This document shows positions 52,676 to 62,627 of a stretch of DNA of 64,000 bases, one piece after another. Every line of letters begins with the position of its first letter. Position 1 is the stretch's first letter. Origin of the DNA: an uncultured Phycisphaeraceae bacterium (lineage in GTDB: Bacteria; Planctomycetota; Phycisphaerae; Phycisphaerales; Phycisphaeraceae). Under the pieces are notes generated by a model. The model worked only from the letters and a program-made list of their open reading frames with translations. It made no database searches and was not told the DNA's origin. The position numbers were made by a program, and so were the translations under genes. The stretch covers positions 6,232 through 70,231 of the forward strand of contig CAZEFM010000005.1 of the NCBI GenBank assembly GCA_964511575.1, in the 5' to 3' direction.

Positions 52676-52999
52676 TCAGCGGCCGGGGGCGGTCCAGGTG
52701 AAGTCCACATCGCGGTCGCGGCTGAAGGCGCGGGCGGCCTGATAGAGGCAGTCCTGGCAGGCGGTGGCCTCGGGGCGGTCGCCGGTCCAGCGGGGCAGGT
52801 CGGCCGGGATGTTCTCGCGCAGGCAGAGCGTGCAGCGGTATTTGCCTTCGCCCGCTTGGGCTTCAACCAGCGCCCGCTTGAGGCATTCCAGACATAGAAC
52901 GGAGCCGTGATGGCCCTCGATCATGGGTTTGACTTCGTCCCAGTCGGTGCCGCAGAAGTCGCAGCTGATGACAATGCCTTCGGGTTCGGTGCGTTGCAT
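52676..52999 (-). CDS. small zinc-finger protein (ClpX-type C4 finger-like)
   Basis: 107 aa from ATG 52999. Contains 'CDFCG...GSVLCLECL' and 'CTLC...CQDC'. The upstream part of the track ORF was discarded. Confidence 0.55.
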   Translation of the reverse strand: MQRTEPEGIVISCDFCGTDWDEVKPMIEGHHGSVLCLECLKRALVEAQAGEGKYRCTLCLRENIPADLPRWTGDRPEATACQDCLYQAARAFSRDRDVDFTWTAPGR

Positions 53000-53115
53000 G
53001 CTGGAATGATAGCGGCTCACCCGGGTGGCGGGAGGGGAGCGCGAAGTAGCGTGAAGCCGTCCGGCGGGGCGGCGATGGTCGCGGGGCGTGGGATCGCTAG
53101 GGGTGCCGACCGAAC

Positions 53116-53394
53116 TTATTTGGCGGCGGTCAGTTCGCGTTCGGCAGCGTGCCAGAAGGCGGCGTCCTGACCCTGCGGTCGCCCGGCCGATTCCCACATC
53201 AGATACGCACGTTCAGCGATCTGGTCGTGTGTCGGGGCGGCGGCGGGCTTTTTGCGCGTGCGCGGACGCGGCGGCGTCTTGGCGGTGACCGTGGCGATCC
53301 CGGTGTCATTCGTCATGGTGGCGGCGGCAGGCGTCGCCTTCGATCGGGTCGTGGTGCGGGCACGTGGCGTGCTCGATTTCGGTTGCTTGGCCAT
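53116..53394 (-). CDS. DUF2934-family small basic protein
   Basis: 92 aa from ATG 53394, which follows an AAGGGGA Shine-Dalgarno. The C-terminal 'IAERAYLMWESAGRPQGQDAAFWHAAEREL' matches the DUF2934 pattern. Confidence 0.65.
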   Translation of the reverse strand: MAKQPKSSTPRARTTTRSKATPAAATMTNDTGIATVTAKTPPRPRTRKKPAAAPTHDQIAERAYLMWESAGRPQGQDAAFWHAAERELTAAK

Positions 53395-53617
53395 GCTGAT
53401 CCCCTTCTCGACGAAACCGTCACAGGACAGCCTGTGAATGGTTGCGAGTTTTGAACGTGCAGACGAATGATACCACCGGCCACACGCAGCGCGAACCATC
53501 AACGATGAGGATTTGATGCAAAAACCTGTGCGACGGGTGTCGTCGTTCCGCGCAGAACGTTAAATCCCATGCACCACCTTAAAAGAATGGCATCGGACGA
53601 ATCGTCAGGCGATGAAC

Positions 53618-54160
53618 TTAATGCTGTTTGTCGGCGAGGGTTTGCAGCACGGCTTGGGCATGATCGGCGACCTTCACCCTGTCCCAGCGGTGAGCGACCT
53701 TGCCCGCCGGATCGATGAGGTACGTGGTGCGAACCACGCCCATGAACTTGCGGCCGTACATACTCTTTTCCTGCCACACGCCGTAACGGGTGCACACCTG
53801 ATGTTCCGTATCGGCGAGGAGGGTGAACGGCAGGTTGTGCCTGTCGGCGAAGCGCTGGTGCGACCGGGTGTCGTCGGGGCTGACACCGAGGATGACGGCA
53901 TCGCTCTTGCGGAAGTCGGGCAGATCATCGCGGAACTGGCACGCCTGTTTGGTGCAGCCGGTGGTGTTGTCCTTCGGGTAGAAGTAGAGGACGACCCATC
54001 GGCCGCGATAGTCCTTGAGGCGATGCTTCTCGCCGTGCTGATCGGGGAGGGTGAAATCGGGGGCGGTTCGGCCCGGTTCGATGAGGTTGGCGCTCGTCTC
54101 ACCGGCGGCTGCGGCGGTGGAAGCGGCGCGGGTGGATCGTGTCGCGCGTTTTTTGGCCAT
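53618..54160 (-). CDS. bcp: thioredoxin-dependent peroxiredoxin Bcp
   Basis: 'APDFTLPDQHGEKHRLKDYRGRWVVLYFYPKDNTTGCTKQACQFRD' (peroxidatic Cys in PxxxTxxC) and 'ILGVSPD'. Confidence 0.9.
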   Translation of the reverse strand: MAKKRATRSTRAASTAAAAGETSANLIEPGRTAPDFTLPDQHGEKHRLKDYRGRWVVLYFYPKDNTTGCTKQACQFRDDLPDFRKSDAVILGVSPDDTRSHQRFADRHNLPFTLLADTEHQVCTRYGVWQEKSMYGRKFMGVVRTTYLIDPAGKVAHRWDRVKVADHAQAVLQTLADKQH

Positions 54161-54240
54161 GGGGCGACCTTTCGACTTAGAATGGCGGGTGCGGTGAGCG
54201 TCACACCGTTAGCGGACAATCACAACCCGTTGAGTTGACC

Positions 54241-56460
54241 ATGCTGCCGGGATTCGTGCAACTGATGAGCCCGATGTGGGGCTGGGCGCTGCTGGCGGCC
54301 GCGGGTGTGCCGTTGCTGGCGCACCTGCTGAGTCGTCGGGGCGGTCGGCTTGCGCCGTTTCCCGCGGTGCGGTTCGTGCAGCAGGCGGCGGCCGATTGCG
54401 CGCGGTTTCTTCGGCCGCGGCATTGGTTGCTCCTGTTGCTGCGGATGTTGCTGTTGGCGCTGATCGCGCTGGCGTTTGCCCGGCCGATCTGGTACCGCAC
54501 CGCGCCGCCGACCGATGTGTCGCAGGGTGTTATCACGGCATTGGTGCTCGATCGTTCAGCGTCGATGACGCGAACGCAGCGTGGTGCGACGCTCTTCGAG
54601 GCCGCCCGTCAGCAGGTGATTCAAACGCTGCGGTCGCTGGACCCGGCTCGTGATCTGGCGACGGTGGTGCTGCTCGATCGCCAACCGCGCACGTTGCTGC
54701 CCGAGCCGACAGCCGGCTTTTCGAATCTGATCGCGATGGTTGAGCGCTTGGAAGCCACGCAGGAGCAGGGCGATCTGGAAGCGGCGCTGCGTCTGGCGAG
54801 CGCGGAAACCAGTTACGCCACGCAGGCGGGACGTGATTCGGGCAATGCGGCAAACGGGAACGCAGCCATTCGGCCTGCGTTCATCGAAGTGTTCAGCGAC
54901 ATGCAGCAATCGCAGTGGGCGGACATTTTGCGTCGCGGTGCGGCACCGGCGGAGGCGACGTTGTCGCTGCGGCGGGTGGGTGACTTCACCGGCAACGTCG
55001 CGCTGTTTCAGCCGCGCATCAACCCTGTGCGGCCGATCGTCGGACAAAGCGCCGTCGTCAGTGTGGAGGTGGCGAACTTTTCCGATGCCGATGTGCAGCC
55101 CACGGTGGAGATGCGTTTCGGCGACGAGCGCACTCGGCAGACGTTGCGAATCCCTGCCGGTACCACGATCAGTGCCAGCTTCACGCTCACGCCGTCATCC
55201 ATTGGGTCGCACGTGGCGGAACTGCATCTGGTTGATCATCGCGACAGTCTGACGCTTGACGATGCCACCGCCGCAACCTTTACCGTGGCTGCGGCCCGGC
55301 CGGTGGCGCTGGTTACCGATGCCCGCACCGACGATCCGACCAGTGCCGCGTTCTTCATCGAGCGCGCGTTGCGCCCCGAATCGCCCGATACGCCCGGCGA
55401 GCGGCCAAGCGGCGTGGCGCTGGCGCGATGGCAGCCGATGCAACTGGCCGCGGCGCTGCAGGCGGAAGGGCGACCACGGCCGGACGTCATCGTCATCTGT
55501 GAAGCCACGACGTTGAGCCGCGGCGATCTGCAAATGCTGCACGGGTTCATCCGTCAGGGCGGCGGCGTGATATGGATTGTCGATTCGCGTGCTGCGGCGA
55601 ACCTGCTCGAGCAGTTCAACAGCCTGATCGGTGACACGCCGCTCAGCCCGATTGTTCCTGAAACCGAACGATGGCGACTGACGGCCGATCTTTCCATTGC
55701 CACCGGTCAGTTCGATGACCCGGTGCTCGCACTATTTGAGGGGCCGGCACGCACGGCGGTGGTGAATACACGCTTTCGACAGGTACTTGCAGGCCGTCTG
55801 CCGTTGACGGCGACGGCGCTGCTGACGTTTGAAGACGGCACGCCCGCGTTGGCGGCGCAGTGGATCGGTTCGGGGCGGTTGGCTGTTTTCGGTGCGTCGC
55901 TCGCGCCGAGCGATTCGGATCTGGTCAAGGGGCCCGTGCTTGTGCCGCTGTTGCATCAGTTGCTGCGTCATCTCACACCGGGCATTCCGGCCGAGGCGAA
56001 CCCGCAACCCGGCGCTCGGCCGAAGATCGCTGTTGATGGACGTTGGCGGGATGGTGATCTGGAAGCGGTTGGTCCACAGGGTCGACCGCTGCGTGTGACG
56101 CTTGCCGGTATGCTCGCCGATGCGACGTTGCTCGAACTGGAACCGGTTGCATCGGTGGGGCGCATTGAGGTTCGCCAGCGTGGTGAAAGCGCTCCGCTCG
56201 CTTCGGTGCAGGTGGAACTGCACCCGGGTGAAAGCGACATGCACATCGCTGATGAAGAGACGCTGGCGCAGTTTGCCCAGCCTCGCGATGTGTTGGCGGG
56301 TGGTGCCGCGACGGAGGTTGCCACCGCCACGGCGACGTTGCGCAGCTCAGGTGTGGAGATGTGGCCGTACCTCGTGGCTGCGGCGCTGATCATGGCGATG
56401 CTCGAGACGCTGACACTCATGGCGATCGGCGGCACACGCATCGGAGCGATGAAACGATGA
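54241..56460 (+). CDS. BatA-N (double-TM N-terminal domain) / vWA-like membrane protein
   Basis: 'WGWALLAAAGVPLLAHLLSRRGGRLAPFPAVRFV' is the aerotolerance-regulator N-terminal domain pattern. A vWA MIDAS-like 'LVLDRSASM' is present, plus a C-terminal TM helix. Alternative starts are at 54235 and 54265. Confidence 0.75.
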   Translation: MLPGFVQLMSPMWGWALLAAAGVPLLAHLLSRRGGRLAPFPAVRFVQQAAADCARFLRPRHWLLLLLRMLLLALIALAFARPIWYRTAPPTDVSQGVITALVLDRSASMTRTQRGATLFEAARQQVIQTLRSLDPARDLATVVLLDRQPRTLLPEPTAGFSNLIAMVERLEATQEQGDLEAALRLASAETSYATQAGRDSGNAANGNAAIRPAFIEVFSDMQQSQWADILRRGAAPAEATLSLRRVGDFTGNVALFQPRINPVRPIVGQSAVVSVEVANFSDADVQPTVEMRFGDERTRQTLRIPAGTTISASFTLTPSSIGSHVAELHLVDHRDSLTLDDATAATFTVAAARPVALVTDARTDDPTSAAFFIERALRPESPDTPGERPSGVALARWQPMQLAAALQAEGRPRPDVIVICEATTLSRGDLQMLHGFIRQGGGVIWIVDSRAAANLLEQFNSLIGDTPLSPIVPETERWRLTADLSIATGQFDDPVLALFEGPARTAVVNTRFRQVLAGRLPLTATALLTFEDGTPALAAQWIGSGRLAVFGASLAPSDSDLVKGPVLVPLLHQLLRHLTPGIPAEANPQPGARPKIAVDGRWRDGDLEAVGPQGRPLRVTLAGMLADATLLELEPVASVGRIEVRQRGESAPLASVQVELHPGESDMHIADEETLAQFAQPRDVLAGGAATEVATATATLRSSGVEMWPYLVAAALIMAMLETLTLMAIGGTRIGAMKR

Positions 56461-56490
56461 GCGGTTTCCCAAGGCGTTTGACGGTACGAC

Positions 56491-58863
56491 ATGCCTGATT
56501 TCAGCTTCGACCAGTTTCGTCCGCCGCTTGGCGATGCGTTGACCGCACTGTTGGTGCTGGCGGCGGTGGGCGTGGTGGTGTGGCTGTATCTCTTTCGCCA
56601 AAGCGATGTCGCGTGGTGGCGTCGGGTGCTGCTGTTGTTCCTGCGGATCGCAGCGATTGCGGTGGTGGCATGGATTCTCATGGGACCCAGTGCCGACACC
56701 ACGGTTGTCCGCCCGCCTCAGCGCATGCCCATCGTGTTCCTGACGGATACGTCCGCAAGCATGGATCAGAAGGACGTTGCGCCATTCGATGTGCCGGCTG
56801 GCGGGGATTCCGATGCGCCGATTTCGCGTCTGGATGCTTTGCGACGCACCTGGCTTGATCGGTCGTACCTGGCGCAGCTTGCCGAACAGGCGGATGTCCA
56901 TTTCATGGCGTTCGATCAGGGCAGGCGAAGCATCAGCCAGGAGGAACTGTACACGTTAACGCCGGATGGCGGACAAACGCTGCTGTTCGATGCGTTGCAG
57001 ACGGCGGTCGACTCATTACGCAACGATCACAGCGACCCGGCGGGGGGGCTGGTCGTGCTGCTCAGCGACGGCCACGACACGCAGCGTCAGGTGGATTCCA
57101 CGTTGGCACTGCGGCTGCGCGAGTTGGGATGGCGCATCATCGCCGTGCCGGTCGGTTCACCACTGGGGGTTCGGCACGTGTCGGTGGACGCCTCCGCCGA
57201 TGCGGATTTTCTTTTTGAGAACCAAAGCACGTGGATCAACGTGCAGGTGCATCAGAATGGGTTCGAGCATCGGCCGGTCGTCGTTGATTTGGAGCATGAA
57301 GGTAGAAGGATCGCATCGCAGACACTGCAGTTTGAGGATGACTCGCATCAAACGCTGCGTTTCCGGGTGACGCCTCCGCCACCTGATGCGCGTGGCAGCC
57401 GCATCGAGGGATATCGCGTTGTGGCAAGGCCGATGCCGTTGCCGGGCGAATCGCCCGATGCGCTGGACGATGTGTTTCTTGAGAACAACAGTCGCTGGGT
57501 CTTCCTGCAGGTATCGACCGATCGCATCAAGGTGGCGATGTTTGAGGGGCAACCTTACTGGGACACAAAATTTTTGGCGCGTGTGCTGCGCGAGGATCCA
57601 CAGGTGGAACTCACGAGCGTGTACAGTCTCGCGTCCGGTCGGGTGGTCACGGTGCAGAGCAATGTCCGTGCGGGCGCGGCCCTCGATGCCACGGAAGAGG
57701 ATTTCGATCCGCAGTGGCTGACCGCCGCCCAACTTAATGAGTTTGATGTAATCGTCCTGGGTAAAGGCGCTGAACGCTTCTTCCCCAACGAACGTGCCCA
57801 TTGGCTCGTCGATTATGTGCGACAGCGTGGCGGAGCGCTGGTGCTGGCACGCGGGCAGGCGTTCGACCTGACGGACCCCGCGGGCATCTCGGCACAAACG
57901 ATTCTCAGCTCGATCGAACCGGTGGAGTGGGGCGTCGGCACGTTGCGCGATCTGCGCCTGCAGGTCGCCCCCGAAGGACGCTCCAGCGAGCTCCTGCAGT
58001 TTGATCGCCTGGGTGAAACGGATGCGGTGTTGAGCGAGTTGCCCGACATGCTTGCCGCGACACGCATTCAGCGGGAGCGTGCTTTGTCGATCGTGCTTCT
58101 GCGACAGTCGCCCACTCGGCAGGGCGGTGATGCGCCACCGGCACAGGCGGCGATTGCGCACACCAGTGCCGGCAGTGGACGCGTGCTCGCCGTCCTCAGT
58201 GATGGCATGTGGCGGTGGGCGTTCCTGCCCAGCGAACTCAACAACTACGACTCCGTCTATCAGGCGTTCTGGGCACGCACCATTCGATGGCTGGCGACAG
58301 GTGGACAGTTCCTGCCAGGCCAGTCAATGTCGTTGAGCCTCAGCGCGTTGAAAGTCGAGCCCAACGAAAGCGTGCAGGTGACCGTCAGCACCCGCTACGT
58401 GGAAAGTCCCACGTTCTCCCCGCGCGTCGAAATCGTCGCTCCCGATGGCGTGCGACGTGAAGTACAGCTTGCCCGGCAGGCGGATCAATCCACGCAGTAC
58501 CACGGAGTGGTGCAACTGGAGCAGCCCGGCGTACACGAAGTGGTGCTCCACGCTCAGGACAGTGCGGAAGATGGCGAATCCACCACAGTGACCGGCCGAG
58601 TGGCGGTGCACGACCGCTCAGCCGAGCGTCGCGACCCTTCCGCCCGACCGCAGGTGCTGGCGGATCTCGCCGAGTCAACGGGCGGCCGATGCTTCGAACT
58701 TTTGCAACGTGATGAACTGCCGCAACTGCTGGAAAGCCTCGCCCGCGCCCGGCAGACCGATGCCACGTGGGATTACGCGTTCAACCGTCCGTCCGTTTTT
58801 GCGATGCTGGCGCTGTTTTTCGGGTTAGAATGGATCATCAGGCGGCGCGGCGGACTGATGTGA
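56491..58863 (+). CDS. membrane protein with vWA-like domain (Bat-operon type)
   Basis: N-terminal TM helices, MIDAS-like 'VFLTDTSASMD', 'VVLLSDGHDT', and a C-terminal TM helix ('VFAMLALFFGLEWIIRRRG'). Confidence 0.65.
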   Translation: MPDFSFDQFRPPLGDALTALLVLAAVGVVVWLYLFRQSDVAWWRRVLLLFLRIAAIAVVAWILMGPSADTTVVRPPQRMPIVFLTDTSASMDQKDVAPFDVPAGGDSDAPISRLDALRRTWLDRSYLAQLAEQADVHFMAFDQGRRSISQEELYTLTPDGGQTLLFDALQTAVDSLRNDHSDPAGGLVVLLSDGHDTQRQVDSTLALRLRELGWRIIAVPVGSPLGVRHVSVDASADADFLFENQSTWINVQVHQNGFEHRPVVVDLEHEGRRIASQTLQFEDDSHQTLRFRVTPPPPDARGSRIEGYRVVARPMPLPGESPDALDDVFLENNSRWVFLQVSTDRIKVAMFEGQPYWDTKFLARVLREDPQVELTSVYSLASGRVVTVQSNVRAGAALDATEEDFDPQWLTAAQLNEFDVIVLGKGAERFFPNERAHWLVDYVRQRGGALVLARGQAFDLTDPAGISAQTILSSIEPVEWGVGTLRDLRLQVAPEGRSSELLQFDRLGETDAVLSELPDMLAATRIQRERALSIVLLRQSPTRQGGDAPPAQAAIAHTSAGSGRVLAVLSDGMWRWAFLPSELNNYDSVYQAFWARTIRWLATGGQFLPGQSMSLSLSALKVEPNESVQVTVSTRYVESPTFSPRVEIVAPDGVRREVQLARQADQSTQYHGVVQLEQPGVHEVVLHAQDSAEDGESTTVTGRVAVHDRSAERRDPSARPQVLADLAESTGGRCFELLQRDELPQLLESLARARQTDATWDYAFNRPSVFAMLALFFGLEWIIRRRGGLM

Positions 58864-58912
58864 CACCGCATCAGCCTACCGCGATGCGGCTACGATCGAC
58901 TAGAGGCATTCC

Positions 58913-60730
58913 ATGACGCAGGCACTTCCGGCAACGCAGCGTATCCACCCGATCCAGGCGGAACTGGCCGCACTGGGGCGGCGGCAGCGTGCCTATGCCT
59001 TTGCGGCCGGATGCATACGGGCGATCTGGCTATGCCTGTTACTAGCGCTCGTACTGGTGCTGGTGGATGCGGCGATGCCGCTCACGGGCAACATTCGCAT
59101 CGGTGCGCTGGGGGCGATTGCGGTGGTGTTTCTCATCGCTGTGGCCCTGTCCATCCATTGGCGGCGACACGACGACCGCGAGGCGCTTCAGCATGCCCGC
59201 ACCATCGAACGCAAACACCGCCTGTGGTGCAACCCGATCGTCAATGCGTTGTTTCTGTCGCAATTGGCGGAACAGCAGAGCGATGACCTGGCGCACCAAC
59301 TCGCTAAACGTTCGCTTGAACGTGGCAGGACGACACTCGATCAAATCGACCTGCAGGCGCATATCGATCGCGCAGTCCTCCGTCGGGAAGCGGGTTGGCT
59401 CTGGGCGGTGGTTGTCGCCTGGCTTGTGTTGCTCGCCATTCAGCCGCGCCTGGCGATGGGGGGGCTGCAGCGCATCGTCAACCCGTTTGGCGTGCAAGCA
59501 CCTTTCAGCCTCACTGAGCTCGATGTACGCGTCGAGCCCAACGAGGTGTATGAAGGGGAGGACGCCACCGTCACGGCCACCGTCACGGGGCGATTGCCCG
59601 ATCAGGTCGAGATGGTGGAACTGGACGACGCGGGCAACGAACGTCAGCGTTGGCCGATGCGACTAAGCGATCTGTCGCCGCAGGAGGGAGCGGCCGGCTG
59701 GCGGGGCATCGCATCGTTCGAGCGTCGGCTTCAGGACCTGCGTGAGCCCGTGACGTTTCGGATCGAGGCGGGCGATGCGCGGTCGCAGCCAATCACGATC
59801 ACGCCCTTGCCGCGTCCCGCCGGCGAAGCCACGCGGGATGAGAGTCGCGCGAACGAGGCCGAATCCGAGCGTGAGCCCGGCGAGGGAGCCGATGGCGAGC
59901 TGATGAATCCGGGCGATGAGGGGGAAGGTGCAGGCGGGCCAGACGAACCCTCGCTGGCGGATTTTTTCCCTGAGTTGTTCGAGCAGATCGGCGAACTGGC
60001 GGCATCGGCGGGCGCTTTGAGCGAGCAGGCGCAGCAACTGCACGAATCGATGCCGGAAGATCTCACCACGCCGCAGGGGCAGGCCTGGCTTGAACAGCTC
60101 GAAGGGCTGCAGGAGGACATGGCCGCGTTCCAGAACCGTGCTCAGGAGCTTGCCGATGAGGCTCGCCGTCTGGCACAGGAACATCCGGAACAAAAAGAGC
60201 CTCTGGAGCAGTTGGCGCAACAGTTGGAGAACCTGGGGCTTGCGGGACTGGGTGCATGCCCGGACCCGGGGGCTGGCGACGGCGCGGGCGAGGGGGCAGG
60301 AGCACCGCAGATCGGCCCGGAGCCCGGCCAACAACCGGGCAATCAGCCGGGTTCCTCGGAGGCACCGGGCACCGGTCTCCAAGGCCGGATCGGATCAGGC
60401 GGGGGGGGAGGATCGGCCGCGACGCCGTCCACCGGATTCTGGCTCGCCGGCGCGCAGCAGGCGGGGCAACGCGATCAGATGCAACTGGCACAGTTGATGC
60501 TCCAGTTGCAGCAGGCGTTTTCGACGCAGACGGCCGATGGACGAAGTCAACTGCCCGATCTGCCCGAACGCACCCCCGGTGGCCGATATCGTGAACAGGT
60601 GGGCGGCGGCGATGCCATCGAAGCCCCGGACGCCGTCATGCAGCAGGTGCCGCCCCAGTATCGCGACCTGGTTCGTCAATACCGTGACCGGGTGCAACAG
60701 GATGAATCCCGGCGAAGGACCTCACCATGA
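58913..60730 (+). CDS. DUF4175-like membrane protein with acidic/Gln-rich low-complexity region
   Basis: N-terminal TM helices and a long low-complexity segment. The C-terminal 'VPPQYRDLVRQYRDRV' motif resembles DUF4175-type proteins of Bat-like operons. Confidence 0.55.
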   Translation: MTQALPATQRIHPIQAELAALGRRQRAYAFAAGCIRAIWLCLLLALVLVLVDAAMPLTGNIRIGALGAIAVVFLIAVALSIHWRRHDDREALQHARTIERKHRLWCNPIVNALFLSQLAEQQSDDLAHQLAKRSLERGRTTLDQIDLQAHIDRAVLRREAGWLWAVVVAWLVLLAIQPRLAMGGLQRIVNPFGVQAPFSLTELDVRVEPNEVYEGEDATVTATVTGRLPDQVEMVELDDAGNERQRWPMRLSDLSPQEGAAGWRGIASFERRLQDLREPVTFRIEAGDARSQPITITPLPRPAGEATRDESRANEAESEREPGEGADGELMNPGDEGEGAGGPDEPSLADFFPELFEQIGELAASAGALSEQAQQLHESMPEDLTTPQGQAWLEQLEGLQEDMAAFQNRAQELADEARRLAQEHPEQKEPLEQLAQQLENLGLAGLGACPDPGAGDGAGEGAGAPQIGPEPGQQPGNQPGSSEAPGTGLQGRIGSGGGGGSAATPSTGFWLAGAQQAGQRDQMQLAQLMLQLQQAFSTQTADGRSQLPDLPERTPGGRYREQVGGGDAIEAPDAVMQQVPPQYRDLVRQYRDRVQQDESRRRTSP

Positions 60731-61431
60731 TTTCGATTGCAACCCGAACGTTGCTCATCGCCCTGACCATTGCGACCGTCACCCTCAGCGCGGGGGCCGG
60801 TGCGTTGCTGCGAGCCCAGGACGGTGACACGGCCGCAGCCGGGGAAGGCGTCGTGCGCGTCGGCCGACTTGTTTACGCGGGTGGCAAAACGAGCAAGTGC
60901 TTTGCCGATGGCTTTCTCGAACTCGCCGACCGTCACATGGAAAGCAACGTCAGCCGGCAGTTTGAGGGCGTCGACCTTGCCAGTGATGAGATCTTCGAGT
61001 TTCCCTTCATCATCATGACCGGTGAAGGCGCGTTTTCCCTTTCCGAGAAGGAGCGGAAGAACCTGCGGTCCTATATCCAGCGGGGCGGGTTCCTCCTCGC
61101 CTCGGCGGGCTGCTCCAATCAGGCATGGGCGCGCAGCTTCCGCGATGCGTTCAGCGATGTTTTTGCGGACCATGAGCTTGAAGAACTCGACACCAAACAC
61201 CCCATGTTCCACACGCTCTTCGACATCGACCGCATCGTCGCGACCAAGGGTTCGGCCCGGGGGGCGTTATACGGGATGAGCATCAACGGTCGATTGAGCA
61301 TTGTTTTCTCACCCCTTGGGCTCAACGATACCGCCAACGCCGGGGGGGGCTGCTGCTGCTGCGGCGGCAACGAGGTGCGTAACGCCAAGGAGATCAACGC
61401 CAACATTCTCGCCTACGCGCTAACGCATTGA
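60727..61431 (+). CDS. DUF4159-domain protein
   Basis: ATGA overlap with the upstream gene. 'VVRVGRLVYAGGK...', 'IFEFPFIIMTGEGAFSLSEKERKNLRSYIQRGGFLLASAGC' and 'HPMFHTLFDI' match the DUF4159 pattern. Confidence 0.8.
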   Translation: MISIATRTLLIALTIATVTLSAGAGALLRAQDGDTAAAGEGVVRVGRLVYAGGKTSKCFADGFLELADRHMESNVSRQFEGVDLASDEIFEFPFIIMTGEGAFSLSEKERKNLRSYIQRGGFLLASAGCSNQAWARSFRDAFSDVFADHELEELDTKHPMFHTLFDIDRIVATKGSARGALYGMSINGRLSIVFSPLGLNDTANAGGGCCCCGGNEVRNAKEINANILAYALTH

Positions 61432-61549
61432 GCGGAAGCGGACGACCAGATGAGTGTCGGGTTGTGCCTCCCGGTGGCATCGTGGTACCGATAAGCCCGG
61501 CCTGCGACTCACGCAGGTGAGGGTCGGGCCTCATCCAGGCAGGACAGTC

Positions 61550-62614
61550 ATGGTTGAAGACAAGCGGCCGGTCGACAGCATCATCACCGTTCAACAGCAC
61601 ATTATCGAGGCTCAGGGACGCCACCCGACCGCCACGGGACAGTTCAGTTGGCTCCTCTCCGGCATCACCCTCGCCTGCAAGGTGATCGCGTCGTACGTTC
61701 GGCGGGCTGGTCTTGTCGATGTCCTCGGCGCGACCGAGGAAACCAACGTGCAGGGCGAGATTGTTCAGAAGCTCGACCACATCGCCAACGACGCTCTCAT
61801 GAAAGCGCTGGGGTATCGTGAGGATGTGGGCATCATCGCCAGCGAAGAGGACAACGAGCCGCGCGTGCTGCAGGAAGTGGGGCGTGGCCGTTATGTCGTC
61901 ATGTTCGACCCGCTGGACGGTTCGTCCAACATCGACGTCAACGTCTCGATCGGCACCATCTTCACGATCTTTCAACGACCGGAGTGGGATCACAAGGCTG
62001 AGTACAGCGTGATCCAGCCGGGCTATCAGCAGGTGGCTGCGGGGTACGTGCTGTACGGCTCCAGCACGGTGATGGTGTATACCACGGGTAACGGCGTGCA
62101 TATGTTCACGCTCGATCCGCAGTTCGGCGCGTTTCTCCTGACGCGGCAGAACATTCGCATTCCCGCCCGCACCAACCAGTACAGCGTCAACGAAGCGTAC
62201 AGCAACAGCTTCCCCGAACCGTATCAGCAGTACCTGACCTGGGCAAAGGAGCAGGTGGATGAACCGTTCAGCTCGCGCTACATCGGTTCACTGGTGGCGG
62301 ATTTTCACCGCATCCTGCTCAAGGGCGGCGTCTTTCTATACCCGCCGACACAGAAAAATCGCGAAGGCAAGCTGCGGCTGATGTATGAAGCCAACCCGCT
62401 GGCCTTCATCGCCGAGCAGGCGGGTGGCGCCGCCAGTGATGGGCATCAGCGCATCCTTGATATTCAACCGCGCAGCCTTCATCAGCGTACCCCGCTGATT
62501 CTGGGCAGTCGGGACAACGTTGAAGACGTTCTGCGTTTCGTTCGCGCGTATGAAGCGGCGCATCCCGAGGCGCATCCACGCCGCCGGGCGACGGACAAAG
62601 TGCCGGCGCTTTGA
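61550..62614 (+). CDS. fbp: fructose-1,6-bisphosphatase class 1
   Basis: 'FDPLDGSSNIDVNVSIGTIFTIF', 'AAGYVLYGSSTVMV', 'SRYIGSLVADFHRILLKGGVFLYP' and 'GKLRLMYEANPLAFIAEQAGG'. ATG 61550. Confidence 0.9.
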   Translation: MVEDKRPVDSIITVQQHIIEAQGRHPTATGQFSWLLSGITLACKVIASYVRRAGLVDVLGATEETNVQGEIVQKLDHIANDALMKALGYREDVGIIASEEDNEPRVLQEVGRGRYVVMFDPLDGSSNIDVNVSIGTIFTIFQRPEWDHKAEYSVIQPGYQQVAAGYVLYGSSTVMVYTTGNGVHMFTLDPQFGAFLLTRQNIRIPARTNQYSVNEAYSNSFPEPYQQYLTWAKEQVDEPFSSRYIGSLVADFHRILLKGGVFLYPPTQKNREGKLRLMYEANPLAFIAEQAGGAASDGHQRILDIQPRSLHQRTPLILGSRDNVEDVLRFVRAYEAAHPEAHPRRRATDKVPAL

Positions 62615-62627
62615 TGAGGCAGCGTAG

